Shown piece after piece: positions 9,267 through 19,362 of a stretch of DNA of 64,000 nucleotides (within the stretch, counting starts at the first letter, position 1; the number at the start of each line of letters is the position of its first letter). Origin of the DNA: Candidatus Levyibacteriota bacterium (GTDB taxonomy: Bacteria; Patescibacteriota; Microgenomatia; Levybacterales; UBA12049); assembly GCA_963716145.1 (NCBI GenBank), contig OY970292.1, positions 533,171 through 597,170 of the forward strand, in the 5' to 3' direction. Position numbers and translations under genes: made by a program. The notes below the pieces were generated by a model. That model did not search any database. It had not been told where the DNA came from and saw nothing but the letters and a program-made list of their open reading frames with translations.

Positions 9267-9644
9267 ATGAACGACTCAACCCACAAATTCGTCGCTGTGC
9301 TGAATAAAAAAGTGGAGACAGGACGCCTTATGAACGCGCTTGCTCACATGTCTGCCGGCTTTTCGGCAATGTACCCTGAAAAGGGAGAACTGAAGTTTGA
9401 TAACTATTTTGACAAAGACGGAGGTATGCACCCAAGCCTTTCTGACAATCCGTTTATTATTTTATCGGCTGATAACTCCAATCAAATCCGAACGTTTCGA
9501 AACGCGTTGAAGGAAAACAATATCTTATTTAATGACTTTACCAGCACCATGGTTGAGGAACCGCACAAGAACAAAAGGAACGGACGAGTAAAACACCTGA
9601 GCTGGAACTTGAATACTGGGGAATCTGTACTTTTGGAGAAATAG
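9267..9644 (+). CDS. DUF2000-like hypothetical protein
   Basis: The K.V.VLNK...NALAH pattern resembles the DUF2000 family. The match is weak. Confidence 0.35.
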   Translation: MNDSTHKFVAVLNKKVETGRLMNALAHMSAGFSAMYPEKGELKFDNYFDKDGGMHPSLSDNPFIILSADNSNQIRTFRNALKENNILFNDFTSTMVEEPHKNKRNGRVKHLSWNLNTGESVLLEK

Positions 9645-9763
9645 AAAAAATAAGCAATCTGACCAAAAAATTCTCTCTGTGGAGATAACGCCTAGTATAA
9701 GCTGTATATAGCATTCCCTTCTCCGTCAATCTAAACTGTTGACAACTCAGCTCGAAAGAGATT

Positions 9764-10510
9764 ATGATGTGCCCGATGACTAATACTGTAGAGGGTTCTA
9801 AGCCTAATTCTGGTGACACTGGGCAAAGATTTTTTGAAAGGTTAAGGAAAAAGAGACCCGAGCCCGAAGCGGTAGACTCTTGGTTTCATGCCTCACTGAG
9901 GGCAAATGCGTATTTACCTCAGACACATGCGGCAATAAGCATAGAACTCGGGAAAAAAGTAGTTGAATCTTTATCAGCAGGCAATGCTACATGGGATGAC
10001 TTCCGAGATACTCATTTAGGAGGCGAGAGGCTCCGAAAGACTCACGCAAAAGTAAAAGCTATCCATACAAACTTAGGCATCTCCAATAAATACGTTACTG
10101 AAGGAAGAATCAAGGGAATTTGGAATAAAGCAAAAAAGGATGTAACAGGTATGACAAAAGGGTACATGAAGATTATGAATCCAGATATCTATAAGGGGCG
10201 CATGGGATATGTAAATAGTGATCAGGTGAGCGATTTTTTTAGTGATCCTGAGCGCGAAGAAGAGGTTGCTATATTGGGTCGCTTATTTTCCGCATCGGTG
10301 CGGGGATTGCATACTCCGCTCAGTGTCGACATTATAGGGATTTACCGGGAAATGCTCAGGCAAGGCCATACATCGGTCAGAAGTATGCTCGGCGTGGTAA
10401 AAAAACAAATGGTAACTTCTATAACAAACGAACTGGAAGATATAAAACTTCAAACAGGAAGAGTTGTACCGCATGAGGTAGTAGGAATATTTACAAATTT
10501 CCAGACATAA
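9764..10510 (+). CDS. hypothetical protein
   Basis: 248-aa ORF with no recognisable motifs. Confidence 0.4.
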   Translation: MMCPMTNTVEGSKPNSGDTGQRFFERLRKKRPEPEAVDSWFHASLRANAYLPQTHAAISIELGKKVVESLSAGNATWDDFRDTHLGGERLRKTHAKVKAIHTNLGISNKYVTEGRIKGIWNKAKKDVTGMTKGYMKIMNPDIYKGRMGYVNSDQVSDFFSDPEREEEVAILGRLFSASVRGLHTPLSVDIIGIYREMLRQGHTSVRSMLGVVKKQMVTSITNELEDIKLQTGRVVPHEVVGIFTNFQT

Positions 10511-10567
10511 CTGCCTTATCCATTCTTAGATTTTGAATAGTTGCCTGATTTTTAGTAATATAAAACA

Positions 10568-11329
10568 GTGAAAATAATATTTTTAGGAACCAATGGCTGG
10601 TACTCATCCCCCACCGGAGACACACCTTGTATTTTAATTGACTCCGCCGACCACTATGTAATTCTCGATGCGGGAAATGGAATTTATAAAACAGATCAAT
10701 ATATAAAAGGGGGCAAACCTATTTCCTTGTTCATCTCCCATTTTCATCTTGATCACGTCTCAGGAATGCACATATTGAATAAATTTAGCTTTAAGCAAGG
10801 AATTGATGTCTATGTAGGAAAAGGACGAACTAAAGATTTTCAGACTCTTGTAAATCCCCCATTCACACTTGGATATCAGTCCAAACCCGGTAATAAACTC
10901 AACTTAAAAACAGAAATCAGGCTTCACGAACTGTCTGAGAAGGAAGAAAACATCCCATTTAAAGCACAAGCGCTCAAGCAAACCCATTTATTTGACGACC
11001 ATGGCTTCCGGATAGAGCTCGAAGGAAAAACTATCAGCTACACCGGAGACTGCGGGAGAACAGAGCAGGCAAGAAAACTTGCAAAAAACGCTGATCTTTT
11101 GATTTGCGACTGCACAAACAGGAAAAATTTAACTATTGATACCGGTCATATGGATCCTGTTGATGCGGCAACTCTGGCAAAAGAAGCTGGGGTTAAAAAA
11201 TTAATCCTCACCCATTTCCACCCTGTTACCTACTCAACTCTTGATGACCGTAAGTGGGCAGAGAATAAAGCAATGAAAATTTTCCCAGCGGCGACCGCCG
11301 CGACTGACGGGCTTGAAATAATTCTTTAG
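10568..11329 (+). CDS. MBL-fold metallo-hydrolase
   Basis: HxHxDH motif (HFHLDHVSG) with downstream His/Asp ligands. Short RNase Z / beta-lactamase fold. Confidence 0.7.
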   Translation: MKIIFLGTNGWYSSPTGDTPCILIDSADHYVILDAGNGIYKTDQYIKGGKPISLFISHFHLDHVSGMHILNKFSFKQGIDVYVGKGRTKDFQTLVNPPFTLGYQSKPGNKLNLKTEIRLHELSEKEENIPFKAQALKQTHLFDDHGFRIELEGKTISYTGDCGRTEQARKLAKNADLLICDCTNRKNLTIDTGHMDPVDAATLAKEAGVKKLILTHFHPVTYSTLDDRKWAENKAMKIFPAATAATDGLEIIL

Positions 11330-11369
11330 TCCTTGCAATTTATATAGCAAACATACTACAGTTATATTA

Positions 11370-12287
11370 ATGTCTATTCTAAATTGGATAAGAAACCACA
11401 AGCTTGCTACTATACTCCTTCTTATTGTCCTTTTTCTTCTCAGAAATTCTACCCCTGAACCACTGGGATCATCTTTAAGTTTTAGGGGAACACGGCAAAG
11501 CAGTTATGACGCAGTCTCCAATAATATGAGTGGCGCTACAACTGAAAAAGCTATGGCCCTTGAGATAGGAATGACTGCGCCATATCAACAGGTGAGTGAT
11601 AGCTCACAGCGCGTTGTTATAAAAGAATCAAGCCTCTCCCTTCTGGTCAAGAATGTCCGGGATACCGGTGACAAAATCATAAATACCGCAAAAGGAATGG
11701 GTGGGTATATGGTGAACGTGAGTTATAACAATCCCAGCGAGCAGGGCTTTGCAACTATAAGTGTCCGCGTACCGACTGACAAACTTGATGACGCGCTTAA
11801 TCAATTCCGCAGCTTTTCAGTAAAAGTTACAAATGAAAACTTGATAGGAACAGACGTTACGCAGGAATACCAGGATCTTGATCAGAGAACCGCTACTTTG
11901 AAGACAACCAAGGACAAATTTGATGAAATACTTAAAAAAGCAACAACTGTTAGTGAGATTCTTGAAGTTAACCGCGAGATCATAAGCCTTGAGCAGCAAA
12001 TTGACTCTGTAACCGGGCAAAAAATGGCAATAGCAGATAACGCCAAACTCACAAAAGTCACTCTCTATCTCTCAACCGATGAACTCGCTCTTCCCTACGC
12101 ACCGGACAAAGTCTTCCGGCCTGATGTAGTGCTCAAGCTCGCTGTACGCTCGCTTTTGGGAACAGTTCAATCGCTTGCGGAATTCTTGATCTGGTTTGGA
12201 GTCTACGCAATTATCTGGATACCACTTTTAATAATTATTATGATATTTAAAAACCGGAGAAAACGCTCAAAGGACCTAAGAAATTAA
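11370..12287 (+). CDS. membrane-anchored coiled-coil protein (DUF4349-like)
   Basis: N-terminal TM, central coiled-coil, C-terminal TM followed by a basic tail. Confidence 0.4.
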   Translation: MSILNWIRNHKLATILLLIVLFLLRNSTPEPLGSSLSFRGTRQSSYDAVSNNMSGATTEKAMALEIGMTAPYQQVSDSSQRVVIKESSLSLLVKNVRDTGDKIINTAKGMGGYMVNVSYNNPSEQGFATISVRVPTDKLDDALNQFRSFSVKVTNENLIGTDVTQEYQDLDQRTATLKTTKDKFDEILKKATTVSEILEVNREIISLEQQIDSVTGQKMAIADNAKLTKVTLYLSTDELALPYAPDKVFRPDVVLKLAVRSLLGTVQSLAEFLIWFGVYAIIWIPLLIIIMIFKNRRKRSKDLRN

Positions 12288-12355
12288 ATTTCCGCTCATC
12301 TCTCCTTTTGAAATTTATTTGCTAAACAAAAAGACATCTGCTATACCTAAGCTAT

Positions 12356-13150
12356 ATGCGCTTTCCTGAAAAAAACTTAATACTGGCATTCTCTGCTTGC
12401 ATATTGATTCTCGCACTCTGGTCCATTTTACTATTCATAGCAAATCAAAAAACTACGGATCTCAATTATATTTATAATGTAGCTGTCGGACTCATGTTTG
12501 CTTCGGGAGGCGGAATTGCGTTCTTAGGTATATGGGGTTTAGGTATAAAAAATGCTCTAAAAAAGGAACTTTTGACAGTTGGAATTGGAATGTCGTGCTT
12601 TGGCATGGGATACTTTGTATGGTCTTTTTACAACCTTGCATTAAGAATTGAGACTCCTTTCCCTTCTCTTGCGGATGCTTTTTTTGCTTTATACACTCCC
12701 TGCGTTACATATGGAGTTATAAATCTTTTGCGTGTTTTTGGCGTAATGATACCTAAAAAGATCTACCTACAATCTTTGGGCATTTATCTTGTTGCTGTGA
12801 TATTCATATTTTCAGTCGGAAATCCACCAGATCTCTCACCTAGCCTGCCAATCTTAACCAAAGCTGTTAATATGTACTATCTTTTAGGAGATTCCCTACT
12901 TATTACATTGAGTATTATGCTGATTCGGCTGACGAGAGGCAGAATTCATAACAGTTTTATATATTTCGTGTTTGCAATGCTCGCAATGGCCTCAGGAGAT
13001 TTTGTTTTTTCATACCGCACCGCAAGTGGAGCGTATTGGAATGGCGATATTTCCGATTTTCTTTTTGGATTAGGTGCATATCTTTTCTCAATAGGTATTA
13101 TTAAAATAATTGCAACCCAATACACAATCTCCAAATCCTTCTCAAGCTGA
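12356..13150 (+). CDS. hypothetical polytopic membrane protein
   Basis: Hydrophobic 264-aa ORF. Confidence 0.4.
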   Translation: MRFPEKNLILAFSACILILALWSILLFIANQKTTDLNYIYNVAVGLMFASGGGIAFLGIWGLGIKNALKKELLTVGIGMSCFGMGYFVWSFYNLALRIETPFPSLADAFFALYTPCVTYGVINLLRVFGVMIPKKIYLQSLGIYLVAVIFIFSVGNPPDLSPSLPILTKAVNMYYLLGDSLLITLSIMLIRLTRGRIHNSFIYFVFAMLAMASGDFVFSYRTASGAYWNGDISDFLFGLGAYLFSIGIIKIIATQYTISKSFSS

Positions 13151-13264
13151 TTTTAGAGGTTTGAAAATTTAATAAGTTGGGGTATTCCAACAATAGCTCG
13201 ACCAAATCTCTTCATATTAATCCCATAGTTGTTTTTACCTCAATTTTTATATAAAATACCCTTT

Positions 13265-13914
13265 ATGAATACAAACGTAGTTCTCATGCGCCACGGGCAC
13301 GTGAATCCAAAGTTTAACGAATTAAGACAACAAATTGTTTATGGTCCCTAACCAGACTTAGCGTGGAGGGCAGATTTGAGACCCGCCTCCTGGCTGCCAA
13401 TTTATACAACGTGAACTTTGATAAAATATACTCAAGTCCTACTTTACGAGCTCAGGAATCTATGGCTATATTATTTGGCGAATTAAATAGAAAAGGCAGA
13501 ACTCCTGCTCCGGCCTATAAAAGAGCTTTGCGTACTATTGATGCTCCCAGCAGAATCGGTTTGCCGGTCGCTGGATCTGTAAATGATAACGGATTTTATA
13601 AGACCTTTTATAGAACACAAGGAGATGAATCCCCGGAAGAGTATTTAAACCGTATATGGAGTGCATTTCAAGATATTGTAAAAAGAAACGAAGGAAAGAC
13701 AATTGGTATAATGGGCCACAGCGAAGGAATCGGACTGATTATGCATAGACTTCACCACCCGGAAGATCCAACCCCACGCATAGAAGGTGCAATTCCAACC
13801 GGTTCGGCAATAAAATTTGAGATTAATCCTGAAAGCCTTGAAATCAGAAACGAATCAAGAATACCTGAGAATGCTCATGATCCCGAAAGCTTTGATCGCA
13901 GTATGCGAAAATAA
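13265..13914 (+). pseudogene. histidine phosphatase (phosphoglycerate-mutase family), frameshifted
   Basis: ATG 13265 encodes MNTNVVLMRHGHVNPKFNELRQQIVYGP* in frame 2, with the catalytic RHG motif. The rest of the domain (EGRF...IYSSPTLRAQESM...GHSEG) continues in frame 1 from 13318-13363 onward. Confidence 0.5.
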
Positions 13915-13970
13915 TCCATATTTTATTCGTTTTGTGACCAAAAATTTAATTAAAATGCTACAATAACCAT

Positions 13971-15200
13971 ATGAAATCCTTTAATAAAACTGTTGTTCTC
14001 GGGATAACCAGCGGGATTGCTGCTTACAAGTCACTAGAGTTAATAAAATTGCTAAAACAGGAGGGACTTGAAGTTTTTGTAATCATGACCAAAAGCGCCG
14101 CCTTGATGGTATCCCCAGCTGAATTTAAAAAAGCCTCAGGAAATGATGTTGCCATTGAACTATTCAAGGATAAATTTGATTACAAAGATGTCTTAAAATC
14201 AAGAAAAGTTGATCATATCGAGCTAGCTGACAGAGCTGATGTCATGATTATTTGCCCGGCAACTGCCAACGTAATCGCGAAAATCGCTTACGGAATAGCT
14301 GATGATTTCCTGACTACCACAGCGCTTGCTATCACCTCCCCTCTTATTATTTGTCCCTCAATGAATGTAAATATGTGGAACAATCCTTCTGTTGTTGAGA
14401 ATCTGGCTAAACTGAAAACCCAAGGAATACAAATTATTGAACCCACAGAAGGCATGCTTGCATGTGGTTATGAGGGAAAAGGCAGACTTGAAAATATAGC
14501 TGTGATTAAACAGGAAGTAATGAAACAAATAAACCGTAGCAGTTCACTTGCGGGAAAAAAAGTGATTGTAACAGCAGGTGGAACTCAGGAAAAAATTGAT
14601 GAGGTAAGATTTATAACCAACAAAAGCTCAGGAAAAATGGGGGTCGCGATTGCTGAGGAATGCTATCTTCGCGGGGCTGATGTTTTACTTCTCCGGGCTG
14701 AAAGTTCGGTCAAGCCACGTTATTTGATTCCTGAAAAAACCTTTATTACGGCTGCTGAATTACAAACTTTGGTCAAAGAGTATACTCCAGAATATAATAT
14801 TCTTTTCCACGTCGCGGCGGTATCTGATTTTTTGCCTGAAAAAATAACTAAAGGAAAAATCTCAAGCAAAAATATTGTTGCTCTAAAACTTAAACCCGCT
14901 CCCAAAATAGCTGACCAAATCAAAAAAATCAACCCAAAGATTAAGCTAATTGCGTTCAAAGCCGAATATGCACTAAGCGAGAAAGAGCTAATACGAGCTG
15001 CGCAGCACAAATTAAAAGAATGTGATGCTGATGCAATTATTGCCAATGATATAAGTAAACCCGACCGCGGTTTTGAGGCTGACACAAACGAGCTACAGGT
15101 TATTATAAAAAATGGCAAACAGCAAAAAATCCCTCTTAACTCCAAAAGGCAAGTAGCATCAGTTGCAATGGATTTTATTACTGAAGAATTAAATATCTAA
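13971..15200 (+). CDS. coaBC: bifunctional phosphopantothenoylcysteine decarboxylase / phosphopantothenate-cysteine ligase
   Basis: N-terminal flavoprotein motifs (GITSGIAAYK, PATANVIAKIAYGIADD) and a C-terminal CoaB/DFP domain. Confidence 0.9.
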   Translation: MKSFNKTVVLGITSGIAAYKSLELIKLLKQEGLEVFVIMTKSAALMVSPAEFKKASGNDVAIELFKDKFDYKDVLKSRKVDHIELADRADVMIICPATANVIAKIAYGIADDFLTTTALAITSPLIICPSMNVNMWNNPSVVENLAKLKTQGIQIIEPTEGMLACGYEGKGRLENIAVIKQEVMKQINRSSSLAGKKVIVTAGGTQEKIDEVRFITNKSSGKMGVAIAEECYLRGADVLLLRAESSVKPRYLIPEKTFITAAELQTLVKEYTPEYNILFHVAAVSDFLPEKITKGKISSKNIVALKLKPAPKIADQIKKINPKIKLIAFKAEYALSEKELIRAAQHKLKECDADAIIANDISKPDRGFEADTNELQVIIKNGKQQKIPLNSKRQVASVAMDFITEELNI

Positions 15201-15201
15201 G

Positions 15202-16038
15202 ATGAGTAGTGCAAAAGCATTCGCGCCTGCAAATATCAGCTGCGCTTTTAAGATTTATGAGCACAAAAATCCACGCTGGGCAGGCTCACTCGGATTTGGA
15301 TTTACTCTTAAAGAAGGAATAACTGTGGAAGTTACCAAATCAAAAACAAGCAAAGTTTTTTTTAATAAAAAGCAGGTCGATTTCCCGACAATAAGACAAG
15401 TTATAAATTCTTTGACAAAAGAGAAAATAGTTGTGAATCTAACTTCTCCCCTGCCTCTTGGCTGTGGGTTTGGCTTGAGCGGAGCAAGCGCGCTGGCAGC
15501 GTCTTACGCCTTAAATAAATTGTTGAAACTTGGTAAATCCAAAAAGCAGCTGGCTATTATTGCACACGTCGCGGAGGTTGAAAATAAAACCGGTTTGGGC
15601 GATGTAACAAATCAATATTACGGAGGTTTTTTGGTGAAATTCAAGCCCAGCTCACATTTTGAAGTTATCAAAATTCCGCTTAAGGATGTTCCAATTTTCT
15701 GCCTGAGCTTTGATAAACTACCTAATAACTCCATCCTTAACAATACAAGATTAACAGCTGATATAAATAGAGAAGCAGCAGTTGCATTGGGTAAAATGCA
15801 GGACTTGCTAAAATCAGGAGAGAAAGTGGAACTTGGATATATTATCAAGCTTTCAAAAGAATTTGCAATAAAATCAGGACTGCTTACAGATAAAAAAGTA
15901 ATTGAAACTATAGAGGCTATCGAAAAAGATAGTGGTCAGGCTTCAATGATAATGCTCGGAGATGCTGTATTCAGCAATATCAATTTCCCCGGCGCAAAGA
16001 GATTAACAATATCAGACCAGGGAGCGTATGTAATATAA
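15202..16038 (+). CDS. GHMP-family small-molecule kinase (candidate pantoate kinase)
   Basis: GHMP motif II PLGCGFGLSGASALAASYA and an N-terminal APANISCAF motif. 278 aa, overlapping the coaBC stop. Confidence 0.5.
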   Translation: MSSAKAFAPANISCAFKIYEHKNPRWAGSLGFGFTLKEGITVEVTKSKTSKVFFNKKQVDFPTIRQVINSLTKEKIVVNLTSPLPLGCGFGLSGASALAASYALNKLLKLGKSKKQLAIIAHVAEVENKTGLGDVTNQYYGGFLVKFKPSSHFEVIKIPLKDVPIFCLSFDKLPNNSILNNTRLTADINREAAVALGKMQDLLKSGEKVELGYIIKLSKEFAIKSGLLTDKKVIETIEAIEKDSGQASMIMLGDAVFSNINFPGAKRLTISDQGAYVI

Positions 16039-16064
16039 AAGCTTATCTATTCGTAAATATAATT

Positions 16065-16263
16065 TTGTGTGAGCATTCAAACAAGCGCGTTTACCCCGCT
16101 AAGCGGGGTTAAGAAATTGTGAATGAATTGTCAGGGGGAATCCGGCTCGAAGCTGAAAGCTGAGTGGCCGAAGGGGGCGGACAATCCCCCGACAATGAAT
16201 GAAACAATTTTAGCGCGACTTTGCAGCTCACAAGCTTTTGGTTCTTTTGTCGACACAAAAGAA
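16065..16263 (+). repeat. copy A of a conserved structured element (candidate small RNA)
   Basis: About 80% identity to 53549-53711 with two indels, and a compensated terminal hairpin (gttcttttgt-cgac-acaaaagaac). A TATAAT box sits at 16056-16061 just upstream. A long-range helix pairs ttgtcaggggg with cccccgacaa. Confidence 0.55.
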
Positions 16264-16293
16264 CAACCACAATCTGCTATAATCCATCTATTC

Positions 16294-17802
16294 ATGAAAC
16301 GGCAAATTTCAGCAACCATGGCCACGCAGCATCCTGACCATGCAGGTGTACCTTACTGGCATGACCGGGAATTCATAAGAACCAGTTACGAGTCGCACGA
16401 AACATTTGAGGCATTTTCTGAGCTTGGAATTCGCGAGTATAAATGGGACTGGGAGGGCAAACTTGTTGATGAATCGGTGCTTGAAAGATTGTTTGGGGAG
16501 CATTTTGAATTCTTTAAAAAAAACCCCTTGGGACAAAAAACATTTTTGACATTCAGACTCCCAAATCCCAAAGTCGAGACCGAATTCCGAATAGGTCGTG
16601 CTTTTATGAACCTAGCAAGTGCCGCAAGTGTCGCAAAGCATTTCGGGCTCCCTACTCCCCCGCTTTTTGAAGTGATTCTCCCCATGACCACATCAGCTGA
16701 GGAGATCTTTGAGATTCAAGTTGCCTATCAGCAAATTCACGCACTCACCCATCCTTTGTATCGCTTGAATAGTATTCTGACCAATCCCCGCATCATCCCA
16801 TTGTTTGAAGATGTTGAGACAATAATTAACTCTGACAAAATAATCGAAAAGTACATAAATCTTTATAAAAAACGGTTTAAAAAGACACCTCCATATATCC
16901 GCCCGTACGTTGCACGGAGTGATCCGGCTTTGAATTTCGGAATGGTACCTACAGTCTTTGCCATAAAAATTGCGCTATCAAGGTACGCAAAGTTGTCTAA
17001 GAAACTCAGGATTCCTTTTTATCCGATCATCGGAGCAGCTGTTCTTCCCTTCCGTGGAGGGATAGATCCAACGCGTATTGAGAAATTCGCTGATGAATAC
17101 AGAGGAATCCGCACAACCACAATTCAAAGTGCTTTCAGGTATGATTTTCCCAAAAAAGACGTTATAAAAGCCATAAAATATCTTGAAAAGACCCTCCCAC
17201 AACAAAAAGCGGAAATCATCCCAGCTAGCGAAGAAAATGAAATGATCAAGCTCATACCTTACTTTGAAAGTTCGTATCGCGAAACAATCGAAAAAATTGC
17301 ACCAGTAATAAATACTATTTCGGGTTTTTTACCCAGGCGCCGCGAAAGAGTCCAGCACATCGGACTTTTTGGATATTCAAGAGGAGTTGGTAAAGTAAAG
17401 CTACCGCGAGCAATTGGATTCACCGCAGCCCTTTATTCAATCGGCGTGCCTCCTGAATTCATAGGGACAGGAAGAGGCATAAAGCAAGCTAAAAAACTAG
17501 GTAAATTGGCAATCGTAAAAAAATATTATAAATATGTTTCAGAAGATCTGGATCAAGCAGGCAGATATCTAAATACTGATAATTTGAATAAACTGAGCAA
17601 GAAATCAAACGCTTGGAAAAAAGTATTGGAAGACATAAAGGCGGTCGAAGAAACATTGGGGATAAAACTCAGACCCATAACAAAAGAGGAAAAAGAACAC
17701 AAAAAACTTACTGATAAAATTTATGCGCAGCTGGATTCAGGAGACGTAATGCTCACCGAGCTAATCACCAAAGCCGCAATTCTCCGGAAAAGTTTGGGAT
17801 AA
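16294..17802 (+). CDS. archaeal-type phosphoenolpyruvate carboxylase (PepcA family)
   Basis: N-terminal MATQHPDHAG motif, GYSRGVGK (analogue of the classical GYSDSGK), and a C-terminal Gly. The start is moved to an in-frame ATG downstream of the repeat element; the track start at 16123 lies inside that element. Confidence 0.7.
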   Translation: MKRQISATMATQHPDHAGVPYWHDREFIRTSYESHETFEAFSELGIREYKWDWEGKLVDESVLERLFGEHFEFFKKNPLGQKTFLTFRLPNPKVETEFRIGRAFMNLASAASVAKHFGLPTPPLFEVILPMTTSAEEIFEIQVAYQQIHALTHPLYRLNSILTNPRIIPLFEDVETIINSDKIIEKYINLYKKRFKKTPPYIRPYVARSDPALNFGMVPTVFAIKIALSRYAKLSKKLRIPFYPIIGAAVLPFRGGIDPTRIEKFADEYRGIRTTTIQSAFRYDFPKKDVIKAIKYLEKTLPQQKAEIIPASEENEMIKLIPYFESSYRETIEKIAPVINTISGFLPRRRERVQHIGLFGYSRGVGKVKLPRAIGFTAALYSIGVPPEFIGTGRGIKQAKKLGKLAIVKKYYKYVSEDLDQAGRYLNTDNLNKLSKKSNAWKKVLEDIKAVEETLGIKLRPITKEEKEHKKLTDKIYAQLDSGDVMLTELITKAAILRKSLG

Positions 17803-17803
17803 A

Positions 17804-18376
17804 TTATTTTGTTTTCTTTGACCTTCTAAGTAAAATTAAGCCCACAACTGAAGTATTGGCTGCAAAAACAAATAAAGGATAAGAAACTAATATTGGATCC
17901 AACTTTCCTACAGATAACGCTCCTAAAAGTCCGGCCATTGCAAAGCATACCCACGCGCTGATTGTTTCACTTTTTGGAGATTCAAAAACTTTAATGTAAA
18001 TCAGCTGATATCCAACCGCATCAATAAGAATTGTTATATAAAGCGATATGTACGCATGCTGAGTTAGATACCATAAGTACAGCCCAATTCCAGATGCCAC
18101 AAGAGCAATAATATCTCTCTTTCGGAATCCTCCAATTCCGTATTTGATTGATAAAGCAAAAATTATAAAGTCCCCTAAGATAAAAGCTACTGTAAGCCAA
18201 AGGGACCAAGTAGCTCCTTCTGCACTCTGCGCGAAAAAAGATATTATTCCAAGCATAGTCCATATGAACCAAGGTGCACATTCGGGTACTGTGGTTTTGC
18301 GAAAAATATCACGTACATATGGAGCACACCCCGCCAAAAATACAACTCCTGAGGCAATTCCCAAAAATTCCAGCAT
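17804..18376 (-). CDS. hypothetical membrane protein
   Basis: 190-aa ORF with about 6 TM segments. Confidence 0.4.
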   Translation of the reverse strand: MLEFLGIASGVVFLAGCAPYVRDIFRKTTVPECAPWFIWTMLGIISFFAQSAEGATWSLWLTVAFILGDFIIFALSIKYGIGGFRKRDIIALVASGIGLYLWYLTQHAYISLYITILIDAVGYQLIYIKVFESPKSETISAWVCFAMAGLLGALSVGKLDPILVSYPLFVFAANTSVVGLILLRRSKKTK

Positions 18377-18456
18377 AATTACATTATATCAGCTGGGCTT
18401 TGTCTCGTGAGTTTTAAGCTCTTGTAATTTCATTTTTTCTTTGCAATACTTGACTT

Positions 18457-19347
18457 ATGGACGCGCAAACGCCAACTACCCAACCGGTTAATCAGCCTAA
18501 TTCCGGTGCTTCTTCGAAAAAGACTAGTAACTTTTTTTCCTTATTTGGGAAAATCATGCTTGGACTACTGATTGTTGGACTAGTGCTTTTTGGAGGATAT
18601 TATCTAGGTGCAAATAAAGCAAAACCAGCGTCTGTCTCCCCCACTCCCTCCTTATCCTCAGCCAAACCTACCACAATTACACCCATAGGGACTACCTCTA
18701 CCCCCACTGATAGCGGCATTCCTATAAAAGCAAATACCGTGAGCTTCACAAGAGTTAATGGTGAAGTATTCATGCGCTACAAAGGAAAAGTTTACAACGA
18801 AGAGGCTGCAAGCAAAAATGATTCTTCGCTTACCAAACTAGCTGATCCCGACAGCCACACTTGGTACGGCCTGGTAGACGCACCGGCAATTGGCGAGCCG
18901 GCCGGATTTGATGAACTTTTTGATTTTAAAGTCTTCCCAAATAAGCAAAATTTTGTTTTTGTTATGCGCTGGCCAACAACAGGAAACGTAATTGATTATA
19001 AAGTATTTTACTATGATGTCTATGCCACAGAAACCAAAGTATCCAATATGCTATCCCTCCAAGACGGCGTGGATGGTAGTGACCAAAATGTTCCCCGCGT
19101 AAAACAAATAAACCCTGAAGGGAAATATGTCGCATTTAATATGTTCTCTTGTTGGAACTGCGGAGGACACGCGCCTGATACTCTTTTGTTAAAAATTGAT
19201 ACCAAAGCCACAAAACGGATCGGAAAAGTTTCCTATTTTAATTGGAAAGAAAACGGGAATTATGAATATAAAGCATATAAAGTAATCCCCTGCGAAGTTG
19301 ATGGACCTGGCGAATGCTCAGAAGACCCAAAAACCTGCCAATGCTAA
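18457..19347 (+). CDS. secreted or membrane-anchored hypothetical protein
   Basis: N-terminal TM or signal sequence, Ser/Thr/Pro-rich linker, Cys-rich C-terminus. Confidence 0.4.
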   Translation: MDAQTPTTQPVNQPNSGASSKKTSNFFSLFGKIMLGLLIVGLVLFGGYYLGANKAKPASVSPTPSLSSAKPTTITPIGTTSTPTDSGIPIKANTVSFTRVNGEVFMRYKGKVYNEEAASKNDSSLTKLADPDSHTWYGLVDAPAIGEPAGFDELFDFKVFPNKQNFVFVMRWPTTGNVIDYKVFYYDVYATETKVSNMLSLQDGVDGSDQNVPRVKQINPEGKYVAFNMFSCWNCGGHAPDTLLLKIDTKATKRIGKVSYFNWKENGNYEYKAYKVIPCEVDGPGECSEDPKTCQC

Positions 19348-19362
19348 CCGGCACCATGTAGC

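Noticed and set aside
16065-16263. Identifying the duplicated element as SRP RNA, tmRNA, 6S RNA or RNase P RNA
   Set aside because: There is no tRNA-like end or tag ORF (ruling out tmRNA) and no P4 GGAAAGUCCGG (ruling out RNase P RNA). The SRP-like segment is absent from copy B. The identity cannot be settled without covariance models.
16123-16293. Track start of PEP carboxylase at 16123
   Set aside because: It would translate through the duplicated structured element (also present non-coding at 53.55 kb). The conserved TQHPD N-terminus begins near 16294/16318.
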